Shown here one piece after another: positions 1 through 10,141 of a stretch of 64,000 nt of DNA (positions within the stretch are counted from its first letter, which is position 1; the number at the start of each line of letters is the position of its first letter). The stretch covers positions 64,001-128,000 of the forward strand of contig JAVZLM010000001.1 of the NCBI GenBank assembly GCA_038883775.1. The letters are read 5' to 3'. A program made the translations under genes and the position numbers. The notes under the pieces were generated by a model that did not search any database, was not told the origin of the DNA, and saw only the letters and a list, made by a program, of their open reading frames with translations. The stretch is from Candidatus Bathyarchaeia archaeon (lineage in GTDB: Archaea; Thermoproteota; Bathyarchaeia; Bathyarchaeales; Bathycorpusculaceae).

Positions 1-940
1 CCGTTAAAGAAGCTACGGGTTCTTTCATTTCTGATGTTATATACGCCCAGCACAAGTTCGGCGAATTGTGGGCTGCGCCAATCCTTCCATGAGTGTCGAT
101 GGCAATTAGCCCCATACTGTTGTATGTGGATGTTATTCTTTTGTTGACAAGGTTTATTGCCATTTCAGCAGCCTCCTGCGCCGTTTTCCCATTCTCCATA
201 TAATTGCAAGCTGTCTTCGCCAAAACAAGCCTTATTGCAATTTCGCCTACGCCGGTGGCTGAGCATGCCCCAGCATGATTATCCGCATAATTGCCGCATC
301 CAATCAGTGGAGAATCGCCAATTCTTCCTGGCAGTTTTAAGGGGAATCCTCCAGTGGATGTTGCAGCCGCTACATTTCCATTTTTGTCTATGGCTACCGC
401 CCCCACGGTTTCAAGCTGAAAAATTTCTGGGTGCTCTTTTATCAGCTCGGCGAGTTTTGGAAGTTCAAATTTTCCATCAAGCAACGCTTTCTTCTGCTGT
501 TCATAATATTTCAACCTAAGTTCAGTCAGCGGATTTCTTCTTTCCAAGTTATAGAGTTTTGCAAGTTTTTCTGCGCCTTCGCCGACTACGAACACGTGGT
601 CCGTTTTTTCCATGACAATCCTTGCTAAACGAACTGGATTCTTGATGTCTTTCAAGAGTCCAGCAGCGCCCGCCTGCAGTGTTTTTCCATCCATTATGGA
701 TGCTTCCATTTCGATTTCCTTCTCTATGTTTAAACTTGAGCCGTAACCCGCATTGAAAACGCCTTCATCTTCCAAGACTGCAACAGCTTCCATGACGCTG
801 TCTAAGGCGGTTCCATCATTTTTCAAAATTTCAAAGCCCTTTTCCGCAGCCTTTTTAACGCCCGCCAAACCAGCTTGGCTTCTTTCCGGCTGCCAAGTTC
901 CAGCTCCTCCATGAACTGCTATGGCAGGTTTTCTTTGCAT
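1..940 (-). CDS. iaaA: Isoaspartyl peptidase/L-asparaginase (Ntn hydrolase), 3' end runs off the window
   Basis: Manual translation from ATG at 940: MQRKPAIAVHGGAG...LETVGAVAIDKNGNVAAATSTGG...GRIGDSP (autocleavage Thr motif); not in ORF track because no stop in window. Confidence 0.9.
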   Translation of the reverse strand, partial: MQRKPAIAVHGGAGTWQPERSQAGLAGVKKAAEKGFEILKNDGTALDSVMEAVAVLEDEGVFNAGYGSSLNIEKEIEMEASIMDGKTLQAGAAGLLKDIKNPVRLARIVMEKTDHVFVVGEGAEKLAKLYNLERRNPLTELRLKYYEQQKKALLDGKFELPKLAELIKEHPEIFQLETVGAVAIDKNGNVAAATSTGGFPLKLPGRIGDSPLIGCGNYADNHAGACSATGVGEIAIRLVLAKTACNYMENGKTAQEAAEMAINLVNKRITSTYNSMGLIAIDTHGRIGAAHNSPNLCWAYITSEMKEPVASLT

Positions 941-1048
941 GATGTTTCGCCTCTTCTTAGTTTTAGATTAGTGAAGTTTCACTGCTAAAATTTAAGCATG
1001 TTGCTTGAAAATTTCAAAACAGATAAATTTGTGAAATAATAATGTATT

Positions 1049-1116
1049 TTGGGATGATGTGAGGCGACGGCTGGGAGCCAAAAGCTGTGAAAAAGCCACT
1101 AACCTGCGCTGACCAA
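1049..1116 (+). ncRNA. Candidate box C/D guide sRNA
   Basis: TTGG/CCAA terminal stem, C box ATGATGT (1054-1060), D box CTGA (1109-1112), degenerate internal D'/C', 68 nt, GC-rich island in an AT-rich intergenic region. Confidence 0.6.
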
Positions 1117-1176
1117 TTATTGAAACGTTAAATTTACCTGAGAACAAATAACAATTAATTAGGCTTTCAAAGAGGG

Positions 1177-1707
1177 GTGGTTATGCTTAGAGATTTTAAC
1201 CTTTTAGCCACCACATCCCGTGGAAATGAGGATGAAGCATGTTCGGAATTGTGGTATTTGCTTGGAGAAGTAGGCGATTCTGCACCTACCGTTGATAAGA
1301 CTGGCGTGGCGGGTTTAATTGCTGCAAAAACTGCTTTTGACCCCTTTGAGGTAATAAGAAAGTTTAGGGGAATCCTCCAAGAACGTCCCTATGAGTTTCG
1401 CTACATTTTAAGAATAATTCCAATTGAAAAGGTTGTCCGCACAGATTTAGGCGAAATCCAACGAGTCGCCACAGAACTCGGCTCAAAAATTGGAAAAAGC
1501 GAAACTTTTCGTGTAACTGTTGAAAAGCGTTTTACAGAAACATCCACCAGAGACATTATCGAGGCAGCTGCGGCAAACATTGAAAGGGAAGTTAACTTAA
1601 ATAATCCAGACAAAATTCTTTTAGTGGAGGTTGTGGGTGGATTAACTGGATTATCCGTAATAAAACCCGATGAGATTTTGGCGATTATGAAGGAAAAAGT
1701 GTTATGA
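1177..1707 (+). CDS. THUMP domain RNA-binding protein (Tan1-like tRNA modification adaptor)
   Basis: TFRVTVEKR...VNLNNPDKILLVEVVG THUMP signature. Confidence 0.85.
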   Translation: MVMLRDFNLLATTSRGNEDEACSELWYLLGEVGDSAPTVDKTGVAGLIAAKTAFDPFEVIRKFRGILQERPYEFRYILRIIPIEKVVRTDLGEIQRVATELGSKIGKSETFRVTVEKRFTETSTRDIIEAAAANIEREVNLNNPDKILLVEVVGGLTGLSVIKPDEILAIMKEKVL

Positions 1708-1708
1708 A

Positions 1709-2275
1709 TTAGCGTTGGGTTGCCAGCAAAGCCATCCTTTCAATTACGAGGCTTGTTAAGGCTTCTTCTAAATCATCATTCTTCATAACCGTTTTAAGTT
1801 CTAATTCTAAGATTCCAAAGGTTTTTCTGATAAGCTCAATTTTTCTTTTTGATAAGTCAAGAACCGACTCATCCTCTTTTGCATTAACATGTTTTGAAAC
1901 CATTTGTAATGTTGATTTCACTATGTCGGGTTTTTCTCCAATTATAAAAACCGCCATTTCCGAAGTGTCAGCCTTAATCCCCAAAATTTCCATGGCTTTT
2001 CTAATTTGACGTTGAGCAGAAGCGTAAAGCAGCATTTCCATGGCAAGGCTTTTTGAAATGTTCGTTTTGTTTTTGAATGCCGTTAAGGCGTTTATGGCTG
2101 CAAAGTATAGATGTTGCCATGTTGCAACAAGTTTTGCATCGAAAAATTGAATTTCAACATCTGAAGGCTTTTCCTTGTTTATTACTTTTAAGAATTCTTC
2201 TGCGTTCTCAATTTTGACATTTTTAAAGCCTGTTATTAGAAGGTATTTTCCATATTCTTTTATTTGTTTAAGCAA
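1709..2275 (-). CDS. cgi121: KEOPS complex subunit Cgi121
   Basis: HLYFAAINAL...SKSLAMEMLLYASAQRQIRKAMEILG and terminal VIERMALL. Confidence 0.9.
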   Translation of the reverse strand: MLKQIKEYGKYLLITGFKNVKIENAEEFLKVINKEKPSDVEIQFFDAKLVATWQHLYFAAINALTAFKNKTNISKSLAMEMLLYASAQRQIRKAMEILGIKADTSEMAVFIIGEKPDIVKSTLQMVSKHVNAKEDESVLDLSKRKIELIRKTFGILELELKTVMKNDDLEEALTSLVIERMALLATQR

Positions 2276-2872
2276 TCATTCTTCCCCAACTATTTCCTTC
2301 AAAAACCTGTCAACAAGCTCTTTGGGTATTCCAGCCTTCACAAGTTTTGCAGTCTCATTCTCAAAAGGTTTTCCTTTCTCCTTACATTTTTTAACGATTT
2401 TGTGAACTGTTTCCTTTATCTCCCATGGAAAAACAACCCAACGGCTTGTCTCTTTCTCATAATAGTCTGGCTTAATTATGCTCCAAGGCTTGTAATAAAC
2501 CGTGGCTATTTTAACCTCTTTAGCACCTTGCCCAATAATGTGTTCCTTAACCAACTTTAAACTTTGACCAGTATCCGCAATCTCATCCACAACAAGCACC
2601 TTTTTATCCGCAACATCCACAGAAACGGGCTGCGTTAGGGTTGGCTCGCCCTTTGTTTCCGCCACTCCCAAATAGAATTCGGCTCTAACATTTGCCAAGT
2701 TAGGATTATCCATCAGGTCTGATAGGACTCTGGCTGGGGGCCATCCTCCTCTGGAAACGCCGACGATTATGTCTGGTTTGAAACCGTTTTTTCGAATTTT
2801 ATCCGCCAAATTCAAGAGCATTTTGTATATTTGGTTCCATGTTGGCACTTCAAACTCCAGTTCCGAACTCAA
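2276..2872 (-). CDS. Type I phosphoribosyltransferase (hypoxanthine/guanine PRT-like)
   Basis: IVGVSRGGW and PRPP-binding VLVVDEIADTGQSL; WVVFPWE. Confidence 0.85.
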   Translation of the reverse strand: MSSELEFEVPTWNQIYKMLLNLADKIRKNGFKPDIIVGVSRGGWPPARVLSDLMDNPNLANVRAEFYLGVAETKGEPTLTQPVSVDVADKKVLVVDEIADTGQSLKLVKEHIIGQGAKEVKIATVYYKPWSIIKPDYYEKETSRWVVFPWEIKETVHKIVKKCKEKGKPFENETAKLVKAGIPKELVDRFLKEIVGEE

Positions 2873-2991
2873 GCCTTTTCTCTCCTCTTTGGCGAGTTAA
2901 AATCACGGTTGTTGTTCTGATTTTGGTTAGTTTCTGGTTAAACACATATAAGTCTTCTATTTTGATAGTAAAGGCTAGCTTAAGAGTTAGT

Positions 2992-3933
2992 GTGCTTAAG
3001 GGGGAAGGCGTAACGAAAGAAATAATCGAATGTGTACCAAACTTCAGCACTTCAGACCCTAAAATTGTCGATTTAATCCTTAAAGAAATCAAAGCAACCA
3101 AGAATGCTTTTCTTTTGGACTATACTTTCGACGACTACTATAATCGCTTAGTTGTTTCCTTTGTAGGTGATAAAAAATCAGTGTTTGAAGCTGCTTTGAA
3201 ATCTGCCATAAAAGCCATAGAATTGATTGACATGCGAAAACATAAGGGGCAACATCCAAGAATAGGGGCTGTTGATGTGGTACCCTTCATACCAATAAAA
3301 AACGTTACGATGGAAGATTGTGTTGTTGTTGCGAGGAATTTTGGAAAAACCTTGGCAGAGAAATGTGGTGTTCCCGTTTATCTTTATGGTGAGGCAGCTT
3401 CAAAAAACGAGCGTAGGGATTTGGATTGGATAAGGGAAGGCGAATATGAACGCTTGGCGGAAAATATTGTTAAACCTGAACGCAAACCGGATTTCGGTCC
3501 AGCCAAGCCTCATCCAACTGCTGGCGCAACAATAACAGGCGCAAGGAAAGTTATGGCTGGTTTTAACGTTAACATTGGCACTGCCGATTTGAATGTTGCG
3601 AAGAAGATTGCTAAGGCTTTGCATGCGAAGAAGGGTGGTTTTTCAAATGTTAAAGCCATGGCCGCCTACATTCCAGAGAAAAACATTACTCAGATAGGCA
3701 TGAGCATAAGCGATTTTGAAAAAACTCCACTTTACCGTGTTTTTGAACTGCTTAAAATCGAGGCTGACCGCTATAACGTTCCAATTTTGAGTTCAGAATT
3801 TTGCGGTATGGCGCCATTAAAAGCACTTATTGACATAGCCACATATTATTTGAAAATTGACAACTTAACCGAAAATCGAGTGTTAGAGATAGCCATACAA
3901 AACGCCATTGAGAAAGGCGGTGAATTTGAGTAA
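2992..3933 (+). CDS. ftcd: Glutamate formiminotransferase (FT domain only)
   Basis: IIECVPNFS, IDMRKHKGQHPRIGAVDVVPF, PDFGP..HPTAGAT; start moved to in-frame GTG 2992 (ORF track 2839 overlaps the divergent gene). Confidence 0.9.
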   Translation: MLKGEGVTKEIIECVPNFSTSDPKIVDLILKEIKATKNAFLLDYTFDDYYNRLVVSFVGDKKSVFEAALKSAIKAIELIDMRKHKGQHPRIGAVDVVPFIPIKNVTMEDCVVVARNFGKTLAEKCGVPVYLYGEAASKNERRDLDWIREGEYERLAENIVKPERKPDFGPAKPHPTAGATITGARKVMAGFNVNIGTADLNVAKKIAKALHAKKGGFSNVKAMAAYIPEKNITQIGMSISDFEKTPLYRVFELLKIEADRYNVPILSSEFCGMAPLKALIDIATYYLKIDNLTENRVLEIAIQNAIEKGGEFE

Positions 3934-5245
3934 AACAAAAGCAAAAGCAAGAGAAAAGGTAGACTTGCTTATTGTTAATGCTGATGAGCTTATCACATTG
4001 GCTGGAGCAAGCCAAAAACCATTCGTTGGCAAGCAAATGCGAGAGCTTGGAATAATACACCATGGCGCCTTAGCCGTGAAGGATGGAAGGATAATTGCTG
4101 TTGGAAAAACCGCAGAAGTGACAAAGGCTTTCAAAGCTGAAACCGTAATAAGCGCCCACGGAAAAACTGTTATGCCAGGCTTTGTGGACCCGCATACGCA
4201 TCTTGTTTTTGCAAGTTTTCGTGAAGACGAATTTCAAATGCGAGTGGAAGGCGCCTCTTACATGGAAATTCTAAGCAGTGGCGGTGGCATACTAAAAACT
4301 GTGAGGGAAACCAGAAAAGCAAGTGTTGAAAAGCTTGTGGATTCTGGTCTCAAAAGATTAGATGCTATGTTAGAGTATGGCACCACAACTGTTGAAGCCA
4401 AAAGCGGCTATGGACTAACAACAAAGGATGAATTAAAAATTTTAGAAGCCATAAAACGCATTAACCAACTGCATTGCGTGGATGTTGTTCCAACATTTCT
4501 TGGCGCCCACGCCATCCCACCAGAATATAAGGCTAATCCACATGATTACGTAAACCTAATAGTTGAGGAAACCCTTCCAAAAGTGGCTGAGAAAAAATTA
4601 GCAGAGTTTTGCGACGTTTTTTGCGAAAGGAACGTTTTCAGTTTGGAGCAGAGCAAGCGCATTTTGGTTGTTGGAAAAAATTTTGGTTTAAAGCCTAAAA
4701 TTCACGCTGACGAAATGAGCACTTTGGGCGGAGCCGAACTTGCGGCGGATGTCGGCGCAGTTTCCGCAGACCACTTGCTTTTCTCTTCTGTTGAAGGCTT
4801 AAAAGCCATGGGAAATAAAAACGTAATTGCAGTTTTGCTTCCAGCAGCAGCCTTCAGCTTAATGCTTGGAAAGTATGCAGATGCAAGGTTGATGATTGAT
4901 TTAGGTGTTCCAATAGCCCTAGGCACAGATTTTAACCCAAGCTGTTTGGTTGAGAACATGCAGTTAGTTATAGCCTTTGCCTGTCATTTCATGAAGTTAA
5001 CGTCTGCTGAAGCCTTAACTGCCGCTACAATTAACGCTGCCTACGCCATTGGAAGGGCTAATGAAGTTGGAAGTTTAGAGGTTGGCAAAAAAGCTGACAT
5101 AATCGTTTTAGATGTGCCAAACCACAAGTTTTTGGGCTATCATTTTGGCGTGAACCTTGTTGATAAAGTGATTAAGAATGGCAGAATAGTTATAGATAAG
5201 GAAGCAAGCCAAAGCGATTTCCCAATGATGAGAGAAGAAGAATAA
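3926..5245 (+). CDS. hutI: Imidazolonepropionase
   Basis: PGFVDPHTHLVF, GTTTVEAKSGYGL, KIHADE, GTDFNP; likely TTG start 3926 (ORF 3908). Confidence 0.95.
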   Translation: MSKTKAKAREKVDLLIVNADELITLAGASQKPFVGKQMRELGIIHHGALAVKDGRIIAVGKTAEVTKAFKAETVISAHGKTVMPGFVDPHTHLVFASFREDEFQMRVEGASYMEILSSGGGILKTVRETRKASVEKLVDSGLKRLDAMLEYGTTTVEAKSGYGLTTKDELKILEAIKRINQLHCVDVVPTFLGAHAIPPEYKANPHDYVNLIVEETLPKVAEKKLAEFCDVFCERNVFSLEQSKRILVVGKNFGLKPKIHADEMSTLGGAELAADVGAVSADHLLFSSVEGLKAMGNKNVIAVLLPAAAFSLMLGKYADARLMIDLGVPIALGTDFNPSCLVENMQLVIAFACHFMKLTSAEALTAATINAAYAIGRANEVGSLEVGKKADIIVLDVPNHKFLGYHFGVNLVDKVIKNGRIVIDKEASQSDFPMMREEE

Positions 5246-5302
5246 ATTAGCAACAATTATTAATATTCTCTTCCTTCTCCATTCTATTGGAGACGTGTCC
5301 CT

Positions 5303-6958
5303 TTGAAGGTTGAAAGACCTGTAAAATGTTTGACTGGTCCAGAACTGCATTGTAAAAACTGGCAGATTGAAGGCATACTGCGAATGCTCTATAACGTTGT
5401 GGATCCCGAAGTGGCTAAAGACCCTGAGAAGCTTATTGTTTATGGCGGAACTGGGAGGGCTGCAAGAAGCTGGAAATGTTTCGAGCGTATTGTTGAAACT
5501 TTAATTGAGCTTGAACCCGACGAAACCATGCTTGTTCAAAGCGGCAAACCAGTAGCCGTTTTCAAAACCCATGAGTGGGCGCCCAGAGCCTTAATCGTTA
5601 ATGCCATGCTCGTGCCAAAATGGGCTACATGGGACTATTTTTACGAGTTAGAACAGAAGGGCTTGATTATGTTTGGACAGATGACTGCTGGCTCATGGGC
5701 TTATATTGGCACACAAGGAATACTGCAAGGCACATATGAAACTTTGGCTGCCGTAGCCAAAGAACATTTCGATGGTTCCCTACGTGGAAAACTTGTTTTA
5801 ACTGCTGGTTTGGGCGAAATGGGCGGAGCCCAACCCTTAGCCGTTACAATGAATGATGGCGTTGCATTAGTTGTGGAAATCGACAAGCGAGCCATTGAAA
5901 GAAGGCTTAAACACAAATATTTGGAAATGTGGACTGACGACGTAGACGAAGCAGTAAAACTGGCGTTAGAAGCAAAACGAGACGGAATCCCAAGAAGCAT
6001 AGGCTTATTAGGCAACGCAGCCGAAGTGCACCCGGAACTATTAAAACGGGGAATAATCCCAGACGTTTTAACAGACCAAACTTCAGCCCACGACCCATTA
6101 AACGGCTATTATCCAGCTGGCTTATCCAAGGAAGAGGCGGATGAACTGCGCTTAAACGATCCAAAAGAGTATTTGCGGCTGGCAAGCGAAAGCATGCGCC
6201 TTCAAGTGGAGACCATGGTTAAAATGGTGGAGAAGGGTGCCATAGCCTTCGAATATGGCAACAACCTAAGACAGCAAGCCTACAACGCTGGATTCAAAGA
6301 CGCCTTTGCCTATCCAGGCTTTGTCCAACGCTATATCCGACCAATGTTCTGCGAAGGCAGAGGACCATTCCGTTGGACTTCGCTTGTGGGCAGCCCAGAA
6401 GACATTTACACGCTTGACGATGTTATTTTGAAGGAATTCGCCTACAATAAAGAGTTGTGCCGTTGGATACAAAAGGCAAAAGAACAAGTCAAGTTTCAAG
6501 GATTGCCCGCAAGGGTTTGTTGGCTTGGCTTCGGCGAGAGAGCCCGCTTCGGAAAAATAATGAATGACATGGTTGCGGACGGAAGCCTCAGCGGACCCAT
6601 ATGGATTGGAAGGGACCATCTAGACGGTGGAAGCGTTGCCTCACCAAACCGTGAAACAGAAGGCATGATGGACGGAAGCGACGCAATTGCAGACTGGCCA
6701 ATCCTTAACGCTTTAATTAACGCAGTTGGCGGCGCCACATGGGTTAGCGTTCACCACGGCGGCGGAGTAGGCATAGGCTATAGTATCCATGCTGGCATGT
6801 GTTTGGTGGCTGACGGCACAAAAGAAGCAGAAAAACGCATAACAACAGTCCTAACAACAGACCCTGGAACAGCCATAGTGAGGCATGCGGATGCAGGCTA
6901 TGAGAAAGCAAAGAAGATAGCCAAAGAGAAAGGCATCAAAATGCCCATGCTAAAATAA
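5303..6958 (+). CDS. hutU: Urocanate hydratase
   Basis: [50 protein letters not shown]. Confidence 0.97.
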   Translation: MKVERPVKCLTGPELHCKNWQIEGILRMLYNVVDPEVAKDPEKLIVYGGTGRAARSWKCFERIVETLIELEPDETMLVQSGKPVAVFKTHEWAPRALIVNAMLVPKWATWDYFYELEQKGLIMFGQMTAGSWAYIGTQGILQGTYETLAAVAKEHFDGSLRGKLVLTAGLGEMGGAQPLAVTMNDGVALVVEIDKRAIERRLKHKYLEMWTDDVDEAVKLALEAKRDGIPRSIGLLGNAAEVHPELLKRGIIPDVLTDQTSAHDPLNGYYPAGLSKEEADELRLNDPKEYLRLASESMRLQVETMVKMVEKGAIAFEYGNNLRQQAYNAGFKDAFAYPGFVQRYIRPMFCEGRGPFRWTSLVGSPEDIYTLDDVILKEFAYNKELCRWIQKAKEQVKFQGLPARVCWLGFGERARFGKIMNDMVADGSLSGPIWIGRDHLDGGSVASPNRETEGMMDGSDAIADWPILNALINAVGGATWVSVHHGGGVGIGYSIHAGMCLVADGTKEAEKRITTVLTTDPGTAIVRHADAGYEKAKKIAKEKGIKMPMLK

Positions 6959-6971
6959 GATGTGAAAGCCT

Positions 6972-7355
6972 TTGAAAAACCAAGTTCAAGGACAAAAACA
7001 TAGTTTAAAGTTTTATTTGCTAATTGCGGTTGTTGTCATTTACTCTTCAGCCATGATAGTTAGAGTTTATGACGCTTATCTTCAAGGAGATGTTTGGTTG
7101 GCGTTTAGTCGCCGTTCTGATGTAGGCTACCCCGTAGCCCACATTCTGGGTCTAATTGCATTAATTATCTTGTTATATGCAACTTTTGGACTTAAAAAGA
7201 AAACTAGGCAATCACGTAATCTTGTGAAAAAATCTAGAGAGGGGCTACCCGTATTGGTTGATTTTTACGCCAAAAATATGAAGAAAAGACAAGAAAAAGA
7301 AGGAGTTGCGTGGTTAAATGTTCTGCTTTCTTCTGTAAATCATGACTATGGATAG
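6972..7355 (+). CDS. Hypothetical small membrane protein (2 TM)
   Basis: Two hydrophobic segments and basic tail; 3' end overlaps the convergent gene. Confidence 0.45.
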   Translation: MKNQVQGQKHSLKFYLLIAVVVIYSSAMIVRVYDAYLQGDVWLAFSRRSDVGYPVAHILGLIALIILLYATFGLKKKTRQSRNLVKKSREGLPVLVDFYAKNMKKRQEKEGVAWLNVLLSSVNHDYG

Positions 7356-8231
7356 TGTTGCTATCATAAAAAGTGAAACGTTAATCAATAATGAAAATTC
7401 TGGAACTATTGGGTAGTTGTCTTGATTGTTTTCAGCTATTACGTATGGGTCATCCCAAAATCCGTCGCTACCAGGCACGTCTTGATTTGGACCACTGTAA
7501 GCATCTCCAACGCCTGGATAACGTTCTTCGTAATCGCTCCAATAGTTGCCGCCTGAAGGATAGCCGTCATCCCAAGCATTTGAAGGATAAACCTCACCTG
7601 ACTCAATTTGTGTTTGGTTGATGTTGTTAATGAAGTAGTTATGGTGAAACTTATTATTTGAAGAGGATGCGCTGAGCCAGACTCCATTGTCGTTATCTGT
7701 TATGTTATTTCCAAACACCTCGTTATCGAAAGTCGTATCGAAATAGATGCCACAAGTATTGTTTGATATGACATTTCCAGAAATGATATTATCCCAAGTC
7801 TCACTGCTCCAAATGCCATAATTGCAATCTGTTATATTACATTCTAAGACTTTGTTATCGTTGGTGCTAATCAAGCCTATGCCAACCTCGCAACCTACTA
7901 TGTTCACATTTCGGATTGTCACGTTAACAGCAACCGTGTAACCTTCTATCTGGAACCCATACCATAACTCAGCTTCGGTGCCGTTAAGCGTAAAACCGGC
8001 CCCATCGATTGTTATGTTGCTTCTCAAAACCACAATAGAATCGTTAATGTCTCCTAAGAAAGTATATGTGACGTTATCTGAACTAAAGATTTTATCTGCG
8101 CCCTCAACAGAACCATCAGCATTAATGTAAATGGTTCCACCACCAGCTTTTGTCCACTGAACCTTAGTTGCTGCAACCAAGGCGCTTATTAGAACAATAA
8201 CCACAAATGTCGGCAATAGAATCTTTTTCAT
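7314..8231 (-). CDS. Secreted right-handed beta-helix (NosD/CASH-like) surface protein with PEF-type C-terminal sorting signal
   Basis: Signal peptide, IYINADGSV, N-rich GI-x-L repeats, WDDGYPSGGNYWSDY, C-terminal VPEF + TM + basic tail. Confidence 0.8.
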   Translation of the reverse strand: MKKILLPTFVVIVLISALVAATKVQWTKAGGGTIYINADGSVEGADKIFSSDNVTYTFLGDINDSIVVLRSNITIDGAGFTLNGTEAELWYGFQIEGYTVAVNVTIRNVNIVGCEVGIGLISTNDNKVLECNITDCNYGIWSSETWDNIISGNVISNNTCGIYFDTTFDNEVFGNNITDNDNGVWLSASSSNNKFHHNYFINNINQTQIESGEVYPSNAWDDGYPSGGNYWSDYEERYPGVGDAYSGPNQDVPGSDGFWDDPYVIAENNQDNYPIVPEFSLLINVSLFMIATLSIVMIYRRKQNI

Positions 8232-8385
8232 ACTACATCGCTCATTATTTTTAACATTTCAGTTTTAAGGCTTGTGGAAACATTCTCTATATTGCCACCA
8301 ACGTAAAATACGTGAAGCGGATTTTGGAGTAGAAAAATAGCTTAACTATCAAAAATAAATGTAAAAAAGGAAAAATTTTGGGTTT

Positions 8386-10041
8386 TTAGTATTCTTCGCC
8401 GCCGTACTCTGATGGTCCTTTAGAGGGTTTCTTCTCCTTGGCTTCTTTTTCCATGCCCTTCGCTGCAATCAAATCATCAATTTTCAATATCATGTTAGCT
8501 GCTTCTGTAGCTGACTTGACCACTTGCTGTTTTACACGCAAAGGCTCAACAACGTTCAGTTCAAGCATGTCTCTAACTTTGCCAGAAAAGACATCCACGC
8601 CGTAGGATGGTGATGTTGCGCTTTCATGTTTGGCTCTTAAAGCAACCATAATGTCAATTGGGTCTAAACCAGCATTTTCAGCCAAAGTCAAAGGAATAGC
8701 CTCAATGGCATCAGCAAAGGCTTCAATAGCTAACTGTTCTCTTCCTCCAACCTTAACCGCATATTCCCTCAAGTGTCTTGCAACATGTGCCTCTGGAGCG
8801 CCGCCGCCAGCAACAATTTTGCCGTCTTCAATGGCGTTTCTCACCACACATAAGGCGTCATGCAGTGAACGTTCAGCCTCGTCTACGACATGTTCTGTTC
8901 CGCCTCTGACAACTATCGTAACAGCTTTCGGATTCTTGCACTCTCGCACATAAACAAGCTTGTCGTCGCCAATCTTGACTTCTTCCACAATTTTTGCTTC
9001 TCCAAGCACATCAGCCGTTAACTCCTTAACGCTTGCCATTATCTTGCCTCCAGTAGCCTTAGCAAGTTTTTCCATGTCGCTGCTGCTGACATTTTTGACT
9101 GCCAGAATGCCTCGTTTTGCCAAGAAGTGCAATGCAACATCGTCTATACCCTTCTCACAGAAGACAACATTAGCGCCTGTCTCGGCAATTTTGTCAACCA
9201 TCTCCTTTAGCATGCGTTCTTCTTCATCTAAAAAGAGTTTCATCTGCTCTGGACTTTCGATGTTTATTTTTGCGTCAAACTCCGTCTTCTCAATCTCAAG
9301 CTTGGCATTAAGCAAAGCAATCTTTGCTTTTGTGACAAGTTTTGGCATTTGTGGGTGGGCAACCTCTTTATCTATAACCATGCCCCTGACAAGCTCTGTT
9401 TCTTCAAGGCTTTTTCCATGCTTTTTCAAAACTTTTATTAAGTCAATATCCGCTTTGAGCTTTCCATCCTTTTCTTCTGTAACCTGCTTAACGGCTTCTA
9501 CTGCCAACTTGGCAAAGTGCTCTTTCGCCACTGTAATGCCTTTGCTTCCCATGGAGGTGATAGCCACATCTATTAAGCGTTCGTCATCCTTAATGCTTAT
9601 GGGAATTGCCATTTTCTCCAAAACTTCTTGGGCTTTTTCGCTGGCTTTCTTGTATCCGTCAATGATGACTGTGGGGTGAATGTTCTGGTCTAGAAGGTTT
9701 TCAGCCTTACTTAGAAGTTCTCCAGCCAAAACCACCGCTGTTGTTGTTCCGTCGCCCACTTCGTTGTCTTGGGCTTTTGCAACTTCAACAAGCATTTTGG
9801 CTGCTGGATGCTGCACGTCAAGCTCCTTCATTATTGTTGCGCCGTCGTTTGTTATTGAAACGTCTCCGAAGCTGCTGACAAGCATCTTATCCATGCCCTT
9901 CGGTCCCAAAGTGGTTTTAATGGTTTCGGCTATTATTTTCGCAGCCATAATGTTGTTTCTTTGCGCTTCCCTTCCCGTTGTTCTTCCAGTTCCTTCCTTC
10001 AACACCAAGACGGGAACGGTTCCTGAAGGTACAGCAGCCAT
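8386..10041 (-). CDS. ths: Thermosome (group II chaperonin) subunit
   Basis: [28 protein letters not shown]. Confidence 0.97.
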   Translation of the reverse strand: MAAVPSGTVPVLVLKEGTGRTTGREAQRNNIMAAKIIAETIKTTLGPKGMDKMLVSSFGDVSITNDGATIMKELDVQHPAAKMLVEVAKAQDNEVGDGTTTAVVLAGELLSKAENLLDQNIHPTVIIDGYKKASEKAQEVLEKMAIPISIKDDERLIDVAITSMGSKGITVAKEHFAKLAVEAVKQVTEEKDGKLKADIDLIKVLKKHGKSLEETELVRGMVIDKEVAHPQMPKLVTKAKIALLNAKLEIEKTEFDAKINIESPEQMKLFLDEEERMLKEMVDKIAETGANVVFCEKGIDDVALHFLAKRGILAVKNVSSSDMEKLAKATGGKIMASVKELTADVLGEAKIVEEVKIGDDKLVYVRECKNPKAVTIVVRGGTEHVVDEAERSLHDALCVVRNAIEDGKIVAGGGAPEAHVARHLREYAVKVGGREQLAIEAFADAIEAIPLTLAENAGLDPIDIMVALRAKHESATSPSYGVDVFSGKVRDMLELNVVEPLRVKQQVVKSATEAANMILKIDDLIAAKGMEKEAKEKKPSKGPSEYGGEEY

Positions 10042-10122
10042 TTTCCATCACCTCCTCATAAGCCTTTTATGCGTTATGATTGTTAAGCTGAAACAAGCAG
10101 AATTTTACACGAAAAACACTTA

Positions 10123-10136
10123 AATATAAACTTTTC
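10123..10136 (-). promoter_or_regulatory. BRE+TATA promoter of the thermosome gene
   Basis: Minus-strand GAAAAG-TTTATATT about 80 nt upstream of the start; strong SD GAGGAGGTGA before ATG. Confidence 0.55.
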
Positions 10137-10141
10137 TAAGC

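Noticed and set aside
157-628. Plus-strand ORFs 157-519 and 431-628
   Set aside because: Antisense shadows of the minus-strand asparaginase gene.
8630-10123. Long plus-strand ORFs opposite the thermosome (and similar ones opposite moeA, rrp41/rrp4 and DUF438)
   Set aside because: Antisense artefacts of codon bias; Ser/Phe/Ile-rich with no motifs.
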